DNA from: Entomortierella parvispora E1425
Lineage: Eukaryota > Fungi > Mortierellomycota
NCBI GenBank assembly: GCA_020891255.1
Contig: BQFW01000008.1
Location: 1,426,001-1,490,000 of the forward strand
Reading direction: 5' to 3'
DNA length: 64,000 bases
Part shown: positions 51,140 through 62,978 of the stretch, one piece after another
How the letters are laid out: the number at the start of each line of letters is the position of its first letter
Position numbering within the stretch: position 1 is the first letter of the stretch
The notes under the pieces: generated by a model
Seen by the model: the letters and a program-made list of their open reading frames with translations, nothing else
Told to the model about the DNA's origin: nothing
Database searches by the model: none
Translations under genes and position numbers: made by a program

Positions 51140-53886
51140 ATGGCCGGTCTCAAGGTACCGACCCTTGCTGCTCCAAAAACTGCTGATCGCCTTCTCATCC
51201 ACTCGTTTGGTACACTCACTGACTCTCCCTATCCTCTGCTCTTTCCATCTCCGCCAGCATGAACTCGACCAATGGAACGAAGGCGTAATTGCATTCGACC
51301 AAGGTCTCTACGAGGACGCACTGGACCTCTTTGAGGTAACAAAAATTAAATAGTCTCAGTGCGACCTTCCAATGCAACCATTGACGTGCAGGATGTTCAG
51401 ATGCCGATCACGGCTATAGTGCATGCATGTGTGAAGTGGACTGGCGTACCATGCACTTCAGGATGGTACACCCTGGACCTGTTTCGTACCTGAAACAGCC
51501 CCGGCTAGTTTGCCTCTTGTACCGACAACAGTACACAACCGTTATAACGGACAAATACATGTTATACAAATCAGGCACGATTTGAACCCTTTCCCTGCTG
51601 GCTGACACGATCGTCTTTCTGTGCTCATGACCCTAAAATAGCCCATTGCAGACTCTGCCAAGATCCATTTTAACATTGGCGTGGTCTTGACCACCCTCGG
51701 TGACTTTGAAGGAGCTGTAAGTAACGGTTGACAAATGGTTGGCCATCCAACTTCAAGGAGGATAGATTTTCCAAGTCTGGACGTCTGGACACTTTACCCG
51801 GGTGCATCAGACCACTGCACAGACACGGTCCATTTTCATTCCCTTTCAATTTTGTGGAGGAAATTAATCAAAGGTTTTTTTTTTTTTTTTTTTTGCTTTC
51901 TCGAATTTAGAGTGCAGCCTACGAAGAAGCGACCAACTTGGACCAATACTTGGCCATCGGTTACTTTCAAAACGGAGTTGCCAACGTTGCACTAGAGAAC
52001 TATTCAAAAGCCTTAAAGTGCTTTCATGATGCCTATCTGGTAAGTGTGTGCCTTTCTATTGCCATCTCCGTCTTGGTGACCTTCAAAATCAACTTGCCTT
52101 TAACCGTTCGAATCCGCTCTGTGATATTTTGATGACAATAGTATTTGAGAGGCAACATGGTCATTGACTATACCCAACTCGGACTCGACTTCAAACTATA
52201 CTCGTGCCAGGTCCTCCTCAATCGCGCTCTGTGCTATATTGAACTCGGAGAAATGGACCTGGGCATGACAGATCTCTGGCGGGCGACGAGGGAAAAGCAG
52301 ACAAAGGCCCATGATATATTGGATCAAGCCCTAAGGGACAAGGGCCAGGACTGCACAGTGTTCACTGTCCCCCAGGGCGTGCTCTACCGGCCCGCAGAGT
52401 CAAAAGTCAAAAATTCGAAAAAGAAAGACTATCTTGGAAACTCAAAGGTCATCGCCGCCGTGGACGCCACCGATCAGTTTGCAGGATTCCAGGGCAAATC
52501 GGCGTGGCAGGTTCAAATGAGCGGGCCCACTAACGTGGCAGTAGTAGAAGAACCCAGGCCAAGCACCCCACCTCTCGGTTCGTACTATTGACTTTACTTT
52601 TTTTTCCTCCGCTGTTGCAAAGTAATCTGAAATCAGGGTGGAATGATAGTTTGGCGTATTGATTTGCAGCCTCTCCTTTTTGTTTTACCTAGGCTTACAA
52701 CGGCGTGCAACCGAAAGAGTTCCAGGCGTGGGTCGGTCCAGAAGGGGCACAGATCCTGAGCGGCCTCGCATGTTGGAGCACGCGGCGTCGTTTAATGCTG
52801 GACCAGGACCGTCAGGTCTTGGCCTAGCAGGATCTGACCTTAATAGGCCTTCGCTACTTTCGCGACGCAACACTGAATCCCAAAAACCACAGCCTTTGAA
52901 CTTGGATGGGAACAGCAACATAAAGGGAGCTCGAGCCATCGGCGCTCCATCCGCCGCTCCTCTGAATATTGGACAACGACAAGGACCAGGACAGCAACAG
53001 TCGACTAGGGGCTGGTTCCAAGATGAAATCGACGATATTGATCAACACGTTCAAGCACTTCATATGGATTCTGATCGTATGACTAACGGAGGAGTCCCAC
53101 CTGTACCGACAATGTCTTCAGCTTACGCCAACTCCTCTGCCCTTCCGACGCGATCCAACTCTAGTGCCAACGTTCGACCAGGGATGGCCCGCCAGTATTC
53201 AAACGCCAACAGCACCTCTCCTCCAATGGGTGCATATGGAGGTGGTAACGGGTCTGCGAACGGATCAACCTACAGCACGAGCCCTCCTACTAATCGCGGC
53301 CCAGGAACGGCGCCTGTGCTGGCAGAACTGAGGCGCGCAGGTAGCGGTGGTCGAGGATTGAGGCGAGAGGACAGTCTCCGGAGTGCAATTTCAAACGGCG
53401 GTCAATCCTCTGTGCCCACAAACGCAAGTCCATTGAGCTACAGTCCGAGTGTGATGGGTGGAGCCAATGGCGCGCGGCCTGAAGAAGGAAGTTACTTGGA
53501 TGAACCCGTCTATGCAGGCCTCCGCGATAAGGTAAACAATTGTTGGCCTGCTTTGATGCACTCGTTTTTTTCTTTGGGTGATATGATATACTTGGAAGTC
53601 AATTTCGCTAACGCCTTTTTTCCACCCATAGTTACGCGTTAAATGCCACTACATCGACACGCGGGCAGTACTAGTACGAGTGGATACGCCTCTTCAGGAG
53701 CTAATTCAGCGCGTCCATGAAAAGTTCCAAACGAAGCGGCCTCTTAAGCTCAAGTACAAGGATGAAGACCACCATATGTTGTCCATGATTGATGACGAGG
53801 ACTGGCTGATGGCGCAACAAGTTCATATGGAGACGATGGGGTCCCTTGATCGAATGGAGCTTTGGTGTTTCGATGAGGACGATTGA
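51140..53886 (+). CDS. noxR: NADPH oxidase regulator NoxR (p67phox homolog): TPR, activation domain, PB1
   Basis: MAGLK|HELDQWNEGV; SAKIHFNIG; DQYLAIGYFQNG; YLRGNMVIDYTQLGLDFKLYSCQVLLNRAL; LYRPAESKVKNSKKKDYLGNSKVIA; PB1 LRVKCHY..LKYKDEDHHMLSMIDDED. Confidence 0.95.
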
Positions 53887-54368
53887 ACGACAACATATAA
53901 TGAGTGAGGACCAACCCACGGCGACAACACCAGATACAAGCATACACCCATTTTCCTTTTCTATAGTCAATCTCACCTTTTTTTTTTTTGTTTTCGCCAA
54001 GCATCTTCCTTCTCTTTCGCTTTTGATTCCATCCATCATACCACCATACCACCTACTCCTCTTCCTCCTTGACACAACCCTTTTGCTGGCCATCAGATAG
54101 TCAACCCCCCACCCCCCCAAAAAAATAAGAGAAGAAAAGAAACCAGCACCATTAACTAAATCGGTGGGGTCTGAACAACGTTGTTGCGACTCTGCATTGT
54201 GTCTCCTTGTGGTTGTGGCGTATGTTGATTTATTTTCATTGATGAAGGAGCGGGTATATGTTTTTTGAAGAACAAAAAAAAGAACAAAAAAGCAAAAAGA
54301 ATATCCGTCCCGTTGGGCCGCCTTGGGGATAGAAGATAGCGTACTAAATAGGAGGCTGGATCAGCAAT

Positions 54369-55757
54369 TTACATGTCCATGTCCATGCCGGAAGATCCTG
54401 CTCCGGGACTACTTCCGCTCCGTCCTGCACCCTGAGGATACCGAGTGGCCGCCATGGCAGAGGCTGCAGCCAAGACTGCGACACCACCAGTGATGGCCGG
54501 AGTGTATCCTTTGCCATACCCGCCCAAATACCCTGTGAACTGTCCACCTGCTGAGGCAGCACTCTCAAATCCCCAAGTTGCTGGGTCATTATGATCATGA
54601 TGAATCGTGTTCTGTCGAGAGGGTGAAGGCTGCCTCTGATATTGCTGTTGTTGTTGTTGTTGTTGTGCCGCAAAAGCCTGGACCTTCGACTCCTCCTCCA
54701 TATGGCGCTGCATCTGCAAAAGTTCTTGTTGTTGCGCCTGTTGCAGTCTCTGTTGTTCTTCATGTTGAGCTTGTTGGAGCTTTTGTTGTTCTTGCAAGAG
54801 GCGGTGCTCGAGTGGCTGCTGCTCTGCTAGCGCGGACGTGAAGATGTTGGAGGCATTGACAATTGAAGCCGGGATGGTTGTTGTCAAGGGAGTTTGAGGG
54901 CTTGATCGAGATCCCTGTCCGAAAGAGTTCCATCCGTTGGAGTTGCCTGTGTGGTTGGTGGCGTGACTGGAGGCGCCGGTGGACGTCAAGACCTGGTGGC
55001 CAGCAGAGGACGATCCTCCAGCTGGAGTAGCAGGGGCTGAGGCTGGATAACCAAATGATCCTGGTTGCATGAACCCTCCACCGTTCACCGGACTTGAGGC
55101 TGTGGATCCGTTCTGGTACGGCTGTTGGTCAAAATACCCGTGGGAACTGGCAGCAACGTGGTCTCCGGACATGTTTGAGCGAATGGACCCTGGACTGTCC
55201 ATAGGATCGGGATATCCAAAGTGCCCAAGAGCCGAGCCTTCTGAGCCAAGGTTGCGTTTCTATATTTAAGAGGGGGGAAGGACAATCAGAGCTGTGAGAT
55301 TAATGATAATCCCAATGCTCTCACATTTTCCATGTTGTCCTCCTTATTCCAACCACGTTTGATATTTTCTGAAGAAAGGGAGCACTCAGAAAAGAAATGA
55401 TGTCTTTACCTTCATGCCCATGAACTCGTCAGATTCGACGGCAAGGGCTCGCTTGCGAGTAGATTGGCCCAAGCCATTATCCTGGATTGGAGCCTGATGT
55501 TGGGTTGCAGCCTGGATCTCCTGAAGATATTGTTGTTCCCGAAGCTGAAGGTTTTGCTGCTGCTCCAGCTGCCACTGCTGCTGGATCTGATGTTGTTGCT
55601 GCTGTACAAACATTGGTTGATGATTCAGATATTGTTGTTGCTGATGCTGTAACTGTTGTTCAAGTGGCGCCTGTTGTCCCTGTTGGCGTTGTTGCTCCTG
55701 TACCTGTTGTTGAAGCTGGTGTTGGTGTTGTGCTTGTTCCTGTCCTGGAGGTTGCAT
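54369..55757 (-). CDS. Uncharacterised Gln/Ser/Gly-rich low-complexity protein, 412 aa, 2 exons
   Basis: Exon 55757-55410 (GTAAAG donor) joins exon 55259-54369 in phase 0 (MK|KRNLGSEG); no recognisable folded domain. Confidence 0.7.
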
Positions 55758-57080
55758 GAGTTTTTTTGATAAAACTCGACAAAGCAGACTTGGATCTCCT
55801 GATTTTCTTCTGTCTGTGCCTTGAAAAGGAAGTGAAGGGGGAGGAATGAGTGTTTCTTTTTTTTTTCAAGGAGAGGTAAGGATGTCAGGAATTTGTGCAA
55901 ATGAATAAAAGAGAAAAGAGAAGAAACGAAAAAAGGCTCTGTTAAAAGGAAAAGCAAAGCAGTAGCTGGATAAGAGAAAGAGTGTGTTTTCTGTCTGTCG
56001 ATCCGAGATTGCAAAGGGGCGTTTTGTACGTTGTTTTTCTTCTGTTGCTGTAATCAAATGAAAAGAAAAGAGAGCAATGGCAGAGGCCGGGTTAATATCT
56101 CTTCCCTTAAGGTTAATGGCGCACCCTGTTGCTCTTTCCTGCCTGAACGACCATCCGCATCTATTTCGCGAGAATTTGCTCATTGCTCTTCAGTTCAATG
56201 CTGTTTGCTGTTGCGCTCTTTGCCTTCAAGGCTTTTTTTTCTTTCGAGACCCAACTCCCCTTTGAGCTCTCAATTGGTAAAGATTGCTTAAGAAACTCGA
56301 TACAATTGGATAGATGAGAAGACAATCAAACCCCACTACGTAATTCCTGGTGACCAGCACGGCTTGTCGTAATCCATGCAAACCATTCCTAATGGAGTCT
56401 GATAGAGCCGCGTCACGATTCTTTGTGTAGCTCTCGTGGGTCGGAGAGATGAGCGATGGGGAAGACCAAAGAACGAGGATTGTACAGAACAAACGGACAA
56501 CTAAACCCTGTTTGTTGCCAGTGCTCAAGGTCGCGAGAGGTATTGCAGGTTCATGAGTCTTATTCAAGATACACAAGGAAATGCGCTAAAATGACTCACT
56601 GTTGTATGCATGTGCTTCTTTGGTCAATCATGGAGCTCCTCTTGCTTGTCTAGACTGCGAGTGAGAATGAATGAATGAATGTGTGGTTGAATGTTCAGGA
56701 AAACTTCACGTTCGTGAAAGAAAAAAAAATGTGACTGTGCTAGCTCGGTCGAGATTTTTTTGAACCAGCAACCCTTTGTGCCTTGTTGCCAACCTTTTGC
56801 AACTCGGAACCAACCGTTCGCGTCTTGGCACAACCGCTACCACCCTTTCCCAAGCTAGAACCGCGTTTTTTTTCTTTTTGTGGTCAAAGAGAGAAAAGAG
56901 AGAGCTTTGTACGCCTTGTGGACCATGGACATCAGTTTATTGCGCTCGCGAAAAGATAAAATACATTGCTGAGTTGCAGGCGTTTAAACCCACTGTCTGC
57001 AAAAGAAAAGGAAAGAGTCGTGATGGGAGAGGCGGATAGAAATACAACGAGCGTTACAACAAGAGGGCTGGGATGTCCAA

Positions 57081-58121
57081 CTACTGCTCTTCGGTAAAAT
57101 GAAGCATTGACTCGTAAAACTCGACCAGCTTGACTGGGCACTTCTTCCGAACCACCATATTCGTGTGTTCCGATCGCTTTCCATTGTACCATAAAAGATG
57201 AGCAATCAGTACTCCATCCCTTCTCTCCACAGAATCGATCTGCTTCACCAGCTCTTCCCAAGAGGGCAGGTCGAACGGAGGACTATACGGTTCTTGATCC
57301 AAGACCTGGTCCTTGCTTGCTGAATTAGGGCTCGCAGTCCGTGCCTTCTTGGTGGGATTCACCGAAAGTGAAGATTCGCCTGAGCCGGTGTGTTTTTCTC
57401 CCATATTGATTTTGATGGCGCTGGCTGTAGTGCCGGTTGCGCTGACGGTGGGTGCAACTGATGGTGTGGCTACTGGTATGGCGACCTTTGGTGCGATTGT
57501 GGGCACAACTGTAGGTACGATGGCAGGTGCGACTGTTGGGGCTGCACTAGGCAAACCAGCGGACATGACCACCGGCACAACAGCAGGCGCAGCTGTGGAT
57601 GTTGTGGACGTCGAGGGAGTCACAGACCAGGTCGACGACTGCTCTTTTCCTTGGGAGACAGTACGATTGGATGAGGCCAACTCCTGAAAGAATGAATCGG
57701 ATCCTGCGGATTTGCTATGGCCGGCCTTTGGGACCTTCGACACTGCTTTCCTCGAGGGGGGAGGTGGGTCTCGTCCTTCAAGGTCAGACTTCTTTCCACC
57801 CCATTTCGTATATCGGTCCCAATATTCACTGATAAGGCTGTGAGCAAAAACGGCCTGGTCTGGCTCCCAAGTGTTGTCCTGTGTGGTGTAGCCCTTCCAT
57901 TTGATGAAGTACCTCATGGTCTTTAAAATGGGATTAAAAGAGTGACCTACCACCCTCTCTACCTCAAACACATCTTCGCCTTCGTCCTCCATATCTTCGT
58001 CTTCTCCTTGAGCAAAAGGGTCATCAGACTCCGCAGTCTCCATTTTGACATCCTTGCTATGGCCCTGGCCACCGGCATTGCTGCTATCCATGGGTTCCTG
58101 TTTAACCACCGTCATGCTCAT
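57081..58121 (-). CDS. swi6: HP1/Swi6-like chromo plus chromoshadow protein, 346 aa, intronless
   Basis: Chromo EDVFEVERVV..RYFIKWKGYTTQDNTWEP with F/W/Y cage residues; chromoshadow WEELVKQIDSVE..CPVKLVEFYESMLHF. The ORF-track start at 58217 is TTG; the first ATG is at 58121. Confidence 0.9.
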   Translation of the reverse strand: MSMTVVKQEPMDSSNAGGQGHSKDVKMETAESDDPFAQGEDEDMEDEGEDVFEVERVVGHSFNPILKTMRYFIKWKGYTTQDNTWEPDQAVFAHSLISEYWDRYTKWGGKKSDLEGRDPPPPSRKAVSKVPKAGHSKSAGSDSFFQELASSNRTVSQGKEQSSTWSVTPSTSTTSTAAPAVVPVVMSAGLPSAAPTVAPAIVPTVVPTIAPKVAIPVATPSVAPTVSATGTTASAIKINMGEKHTGSGESSLSVNPTKKARTASPNSASKDQVLDQEPYSPPFDLPSWEELVKQIDSVERRDGVLIAHLLWYNGKRSEHTNMVVRKKCPVKLVEFYESMLHFTEEQ

Positions 58122-58610
58122 CCCTCTTTCTCCTGTCGTCCTATTCCTTGACCGCACTTTCCTGGTATTTTGAAGCGAATTCAGTTGGATCCGTAAGACG
58201 TGCTCCTGTGGAGACAATGAGTCTGGACAGTATAGACAGCAGGTGGAAGTGGCCTAGTGTGGTCAAGTAATATTCCTAGGTAGAGAACAGCGTTAAGGTG
58301 ATTAGCTTTCGGAATCAATGCAGTACATTCTGGAATCTATTCGTGAATCGACAGCCATTTCATGGAGGAAAGCCAAATCCTTGAAGGGAGTGGACCAGCC
58401 TCGGTCGTTAATTTACCTCAAACGCGGAATGAAGGAGTGAGAAAGTTAGAATCGCCGCGATTTGCATTGAGTACATACGTGTCACGTGATGAGATATGTT
58501 TGCCAATTAAAGAAGGCTACTGGGCATTGCGCTGTTGATGTCAGGACATAAAGGTAAAATACACTTTCTGAAAATGAGATATTATTGTACAGGTGGCATG
58601 GTGGCCTCTT

Positions 58611-59822
58611 CTAAGTGTTGGTTCCACGCTCAAAGTTGTCTCGGATTTCCTTCGTGTACTTGTCATAGAACCTTGCAATCTTCTGGTTGAACTTCTGGTT
58701 GGCGTCGTTGATATAATTGACGTCAGCATCCTCCTTGTGTGCTCTGCGTTTTGAGAATCGGGTACGAGCATCAATCTGCTTGGCTACATCGGCTGCAAGT
58801 CGATCAACTGCCAGCGCATTTGGTTTTGCGTCAGAGAGGAACTCGACAGAGTTGGCATCACGGTAGAATCCAGAATCGGCAGACACCACGAGTTCGCCAT
58901 CTTCATTTGTGTGCATAGCCGCCTCCTTCTTGGCATTGTATGCAGCCAGGTTTGGTTTGAGTTCTCCCACCTGCTTAAGGTACTTTTTGTGGTTCACTTG
59001 ATCCCAATCTAGAGATGCAAGACGTTCGAGTTAGTAAATAGTTTCAGGGATCAACTTCAGTGTCCACAGTTTTCCATGATCAACAGATCCAACGCTGTCT
59101 ACCTGTGAATTTGTTGTCCATCCTGTTCTTCTTGGCCTCTTGCTTCTCATTCCACCTCTCTACACTCTCTGCAGAGTATCCCCAGAATTGAGAACGCTCA
59201 TAGTCCTCGCCGGCCTCCTCCAGATCGCGCTTCTCCATTAACATTGCTGCCTCCTGACGCGCCTTTTCCCGCTTGAGTTCATCGCGTGGATTTATCTTTG
59301 ACTTTTGATGCTCAGTCATAAGATCCGCTCGATTTGCTTGCTTGGATGCATTCTAAATCACACATACACACATTAGAACGATATTAGCGTTAGATCGTGT
59401 CTATGTACACAGCAAGCGAAATCAGTTGCCGCTTAAAACTGCAATAAAGTCCGTACCATTTGTTGACGAAGTCCCTTCAGTTTTTGCATCCTCTCTGCCA
59501 TGGTCAATGGGGCATCAGCACTTTTTGAAGACGCCGATGACTCGACGGCCGCCTCCTTCCCTTTGTTGTCGCTTGTCGATGCAGGCTCTTCTTCTGGACC
59601 ATCCTTGGCCTTCCTCTTCAGCGTTGACTTTTTTGGCGATTTCTCTGGCTCTTCTTGGCTGGCAACGACGGCAGATGAGATTGTGGTATCGATCGCTGCG
59701 ATTGTTGTTGTAGTGGCGGTGGTCTTAGTCTCTGTTGTCGTTGTTGCTGTGGCCTCAACAGTCTCCTCCACTGGGGCGCTGGCCGCTGCCTTGCTCTTCT
59801 TGGATGATCTCTTGGGCGGCAT
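58611..59822 (-). CDS. SYF2: Pre-mRNA splicing factor Syf2, 3 exons
   Basis: GEDYERSQFWGYSAESVERW; YNAKKE; FSKRRAHKEDADVNYINDANQKFNQKIARFYDKYTKEIRDNFERGT. Confidence 0.95.
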
Positions 59823-60218
59823 GTTAATGATGTGTGGGTTGATGATCAGTCTAGCATGCATGTCCTCTGCCAAAGGGGTACGATGCTGTCGAAAAAAAAG
59901 CACGTCACGGGGTCTGCCGCTGCGCCACCGCGAGACCATACGACATGCCACCACTCACTCGCTGTGCTTTCAAACGCACTTTTTGCCCCCTTGTTCTCGA
60001 ATGCCTTCGTCGCTGCTGCTTGTACGAAAGGATCCAGGTGAGAGCCAGAAATGTCCTAGCGCACAAGCCCCCTTTGTTCCCCCCCTTCAATCACGGAGAA
60101 AGGTCACATCTCGACCAGGCAACGGTCAAAAGAACCAAAGAAAACTCAACTTTGCTTTTTTCGCTCTTTCTCAATTTTGAACCACCCACCTTATTCCTCC
60201 CTGTCCATTTATCCAACC

Positions 60219-61244
60219 ATGACATCCATCTCAGAATCCACAACCTCTCAGGCCGCAGAGCCTAGTCAGCAAGGAATCAACTTTCAGCAAAACATGAGCG
60301 AATATGTCCAGGTCGATCGCAAGGTCTTTTTCGCGGCTGCGGATCGGAACAAGGACGTGATCCTGGATCAATTGAAACCGTACCTTGACCAAAGTCGCTT
60401 AGGTAAACCACCTTTTTTTTCACTGTTACCTAGTCCTCGCCACCCGCCTACTACTACCTAGTACTGCCACCATGTTTTTCTTACTTCGTACTTCTCAATG
60501 CATTTTTGATTTGTCTAGTTCTCGAGGTCGGATCTGGCTCCGGGCAACACACACAACATTTCTCAAGTCAGTATCCCGACGTTGTATTTCAGCCAACAGA
60601 ATATGATGTGGGCCTGCTTCCTAGTATTGAGGCCTATTCGCAAGACCTGAATCGACACGGCCACCATGTCAAACGTCCTTTGGAATTAGACGCCACCAAT
60701 ACTGCACACTGGGATGCAGTCCTGCAGGCGGGTCTGGAAGAGAGTGCTTCCAGTGCCACCAACGGAACTGCTGGGTGTTATGACTTGGTGATGACGACCA
60801 ATGTCTTCCATATCTCGCCTTGGATTGTAGGAGAGTCTATAGTCCGTGGTGCGGGTAAGGTCCTGTCGCCGGGCGGACATCTGATCGTCTATGGGCCATT
60901 CAAGAAGAACGGTCAATTCAACACTGAAAGCAACCGTGAGGTAAGCCCCTCTTCTCTGCCCCTCTACCCCCATTTCTCTCTGACGCACGCACACTCATGA
61001 AACACAATTGCTGTCATAGCGCAACTTGGGGACTCTACAACTAATCACAGAAACCCCTAAATTTTCCTTCTGCTAGTTTGATCGAACCCTTCGTAGTCGT
61101 GATCCATCTTGGGGAGTTCGGGATATGGAGGCCATTGAGGTTGTAGGTGCAGAGAAAGAGACGGGATTACGACTTGAGAAGGTCATTGATATGCCGTCCA
61201 ACAATTATCTCCTAGTTTTTGAGAAGCAGCGCGAACACCAATAA
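60219..61244 (+). CDS. METTL26: DUF938/METTL26-like SAM-dependent methyltransferase, 3 exons
   Basis: AAADRNKDVIL; VLEVGSGSGQH; FQPTE; TTNVFHISPW; LIVYGPF..ESNRE|FDRTLRSRDPSWGVRD; DMPSNNYLLVF. Confidence 0.92.
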
Positions 61245-61622
61245 AGAAACCGCTTCGGGCTGCGTTCAACAGCTGCCTACGACAGTGTTAGAAACCTTCT
61301 AGTTTGCCACCAATTGAACACCAACCCCTGGAAAGAGAACACTGCACATGTTATCAGTTGGCGGGCAGATAACGCCGATCAGAAATCCGTGCTTCCATGG
61401 TGAGCTGAAAGTCGGGCCCGTATCACGTTTGAGTTGGAGCGGGGATTGAGGGTTGGACAAGGCGTTGAGCAACAAAAAGTCAAAAACCACCCGCCCATCG
61501 AACATCCAGTCTCTGAATCGTGACTGGACGAGTCATTTGACTGGGTTCCTGGGCAGGGTTTACCGCCATCTCCGACCAACTTTGATACTGATATCCAGTC
61601 AAGCTTACAACCAAAGATCTTG

Positions 61623-61985
61623 TTATCTTCCTCTTCCGCGAAAGACGAAAGAACAATTGACGTCTGGTTGGGTAGAATTGCCAACTGTGTCCCACTCAGA
61701 GCATTCTCCTCCATAGATCTTAGATAGACTATTGGACCTCTGTGCTCCTTTTTCTCTCTGATGTTCGGGCAGAATAGTACCAACCAAAAAGATCGCCCGA
61801 TTCTCCCCCTCTTTTGTCTTAAATGACCCACTGTCGCCATTCGGCATTATTGTGTCAATTTTCGGTCCAACCTCATGTGGATCAGGGGAAGGGAGATTTT
61901 CCCGCGGGATTTTGGGCATGAGACTGCCGCTCTGAGGTCCAAAAGCGATAGCTGGAGAGGTCTTGGTCCCACCTTCCTTTACATC
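61623..61985 (-). other. Possible exon of an orphan or decayed gene (about 120 open codons after a TAG acceptor)
   Basis: CTCATAG|GAT GTA AAG opens DVKEGGTKTSPAIAFG..CSFVFRGRGR-stop; a CT-rich leader and ATG lie upstream near 62417. No family recognised. Confidence 0.25.
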
Positions 61986-62934
61986 CTATGAGGACACATT
62001 CTGTTAAACAAACTGGATGTAGTGTGTGAGAGAGAACATGAAGGCTGTGCTTTTGTTTTCTCAAATGTTCGGCTGCACGGAGGTTTGAAATAATCAATGA
62101 CTGAGAATCTACCCCGTAGTTTTTCCTGCAAAAAGTGAGAATGTGGCTGCCCGATATTTTTTCTGCATGGCAATTGGTCTGTGCTTGTTGTCCATGGGGG
62201 GGGGGGGGGAAGGACATCATGCACTTCTTTGTGAGCCAACGGAAAAGGAGATAAGTCGGCAAGGACCATATCTCTTGCGCAATGAACTTGTGTAATTCAG
62301 TCATCCATTGACAACAGACCTTTTTTTTCTGACAGTTTTGAGTTTGGATGCCTGACTCGAAACGCAGATCTGTCATTGTACAAATCATCAAAGGTTTATC
62401 AACTGCCCAGTTGCCCATGAATGCCTTCTCGCTTATATTCCAAAAATATGATTGCAAGTGGAAGGTTGGAGGGAAAGAGGGAGGGAAGAGATGCGATAGT
62501 CTTTAGCATCCAACCTCTCACTCTCAAGCTCTCACCCTCACTCTTCTTTTACACAGCGATGATCTGAGTTGCAGACAGGCCCAAGCAGATAAAATGAAGA
62601 GTATAAAAATTGAACTACCGCTTGGGGCGGATGGAAACGCTCTTGGAAGTGGCGCGGTCTGGACGAGATAGGACACCACTCAAGGAGAGATAAAGAGACA
62701 GCAATTGGGTCTCTGATTGTCGACGACCGCGGATGATAGGGCGGGGAAGCAGCGGATATTAGCCGAGGACATTGTACCGAGTGAGACCTAAGAATGCAAC
62801 CAAGAACAATGGCCAGGAAGGGTGGCAGGTGGGGCGACTTCGCAAAACCGTATGGGCCATCGAGGTTTTTGGAAAAAAAAAAAAAAAAAAAATTGCTTTA
62901 GACGCTTCTCCACATTTTTTGTTATCTTCCTTCT

Positions 62935-62937
<3 letters not shown>

Positions 62938-62975
<38 letters not shown>
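62938..62975. repeat. (CT)19 microsatellite, probably in the leader of a + strand gene that continues past the window
   Basis: Directly visible; followed by pyrimidine tracts and a donor-like CAG|GTAGGG near 63190. Confidence 0.85.

Positions 62976-62978
<3 letters not shown>

Noticed and set aside
52106-52115. tRNA T-loop-like GTTCGAATCC in a NoxR intron
   Set aside because: The flanks do not form a T-stem; no D-arm or acceptor stem.
56501-56509. CTAAACCCT telobox or telomerase-template-like word
   Set aside because: A single 9-mer expected by chance in 64 kb; no array or supporting structure.
62101-62119. CTGAGAATCTACCCCGTA, resembling the TPP riboswitch J2/3-P2 segment
   Set aside because: The downstream ACCTGAT..GGATAATGCC..CGTAGGGA core and the upstream P2/P3 strand are absent.
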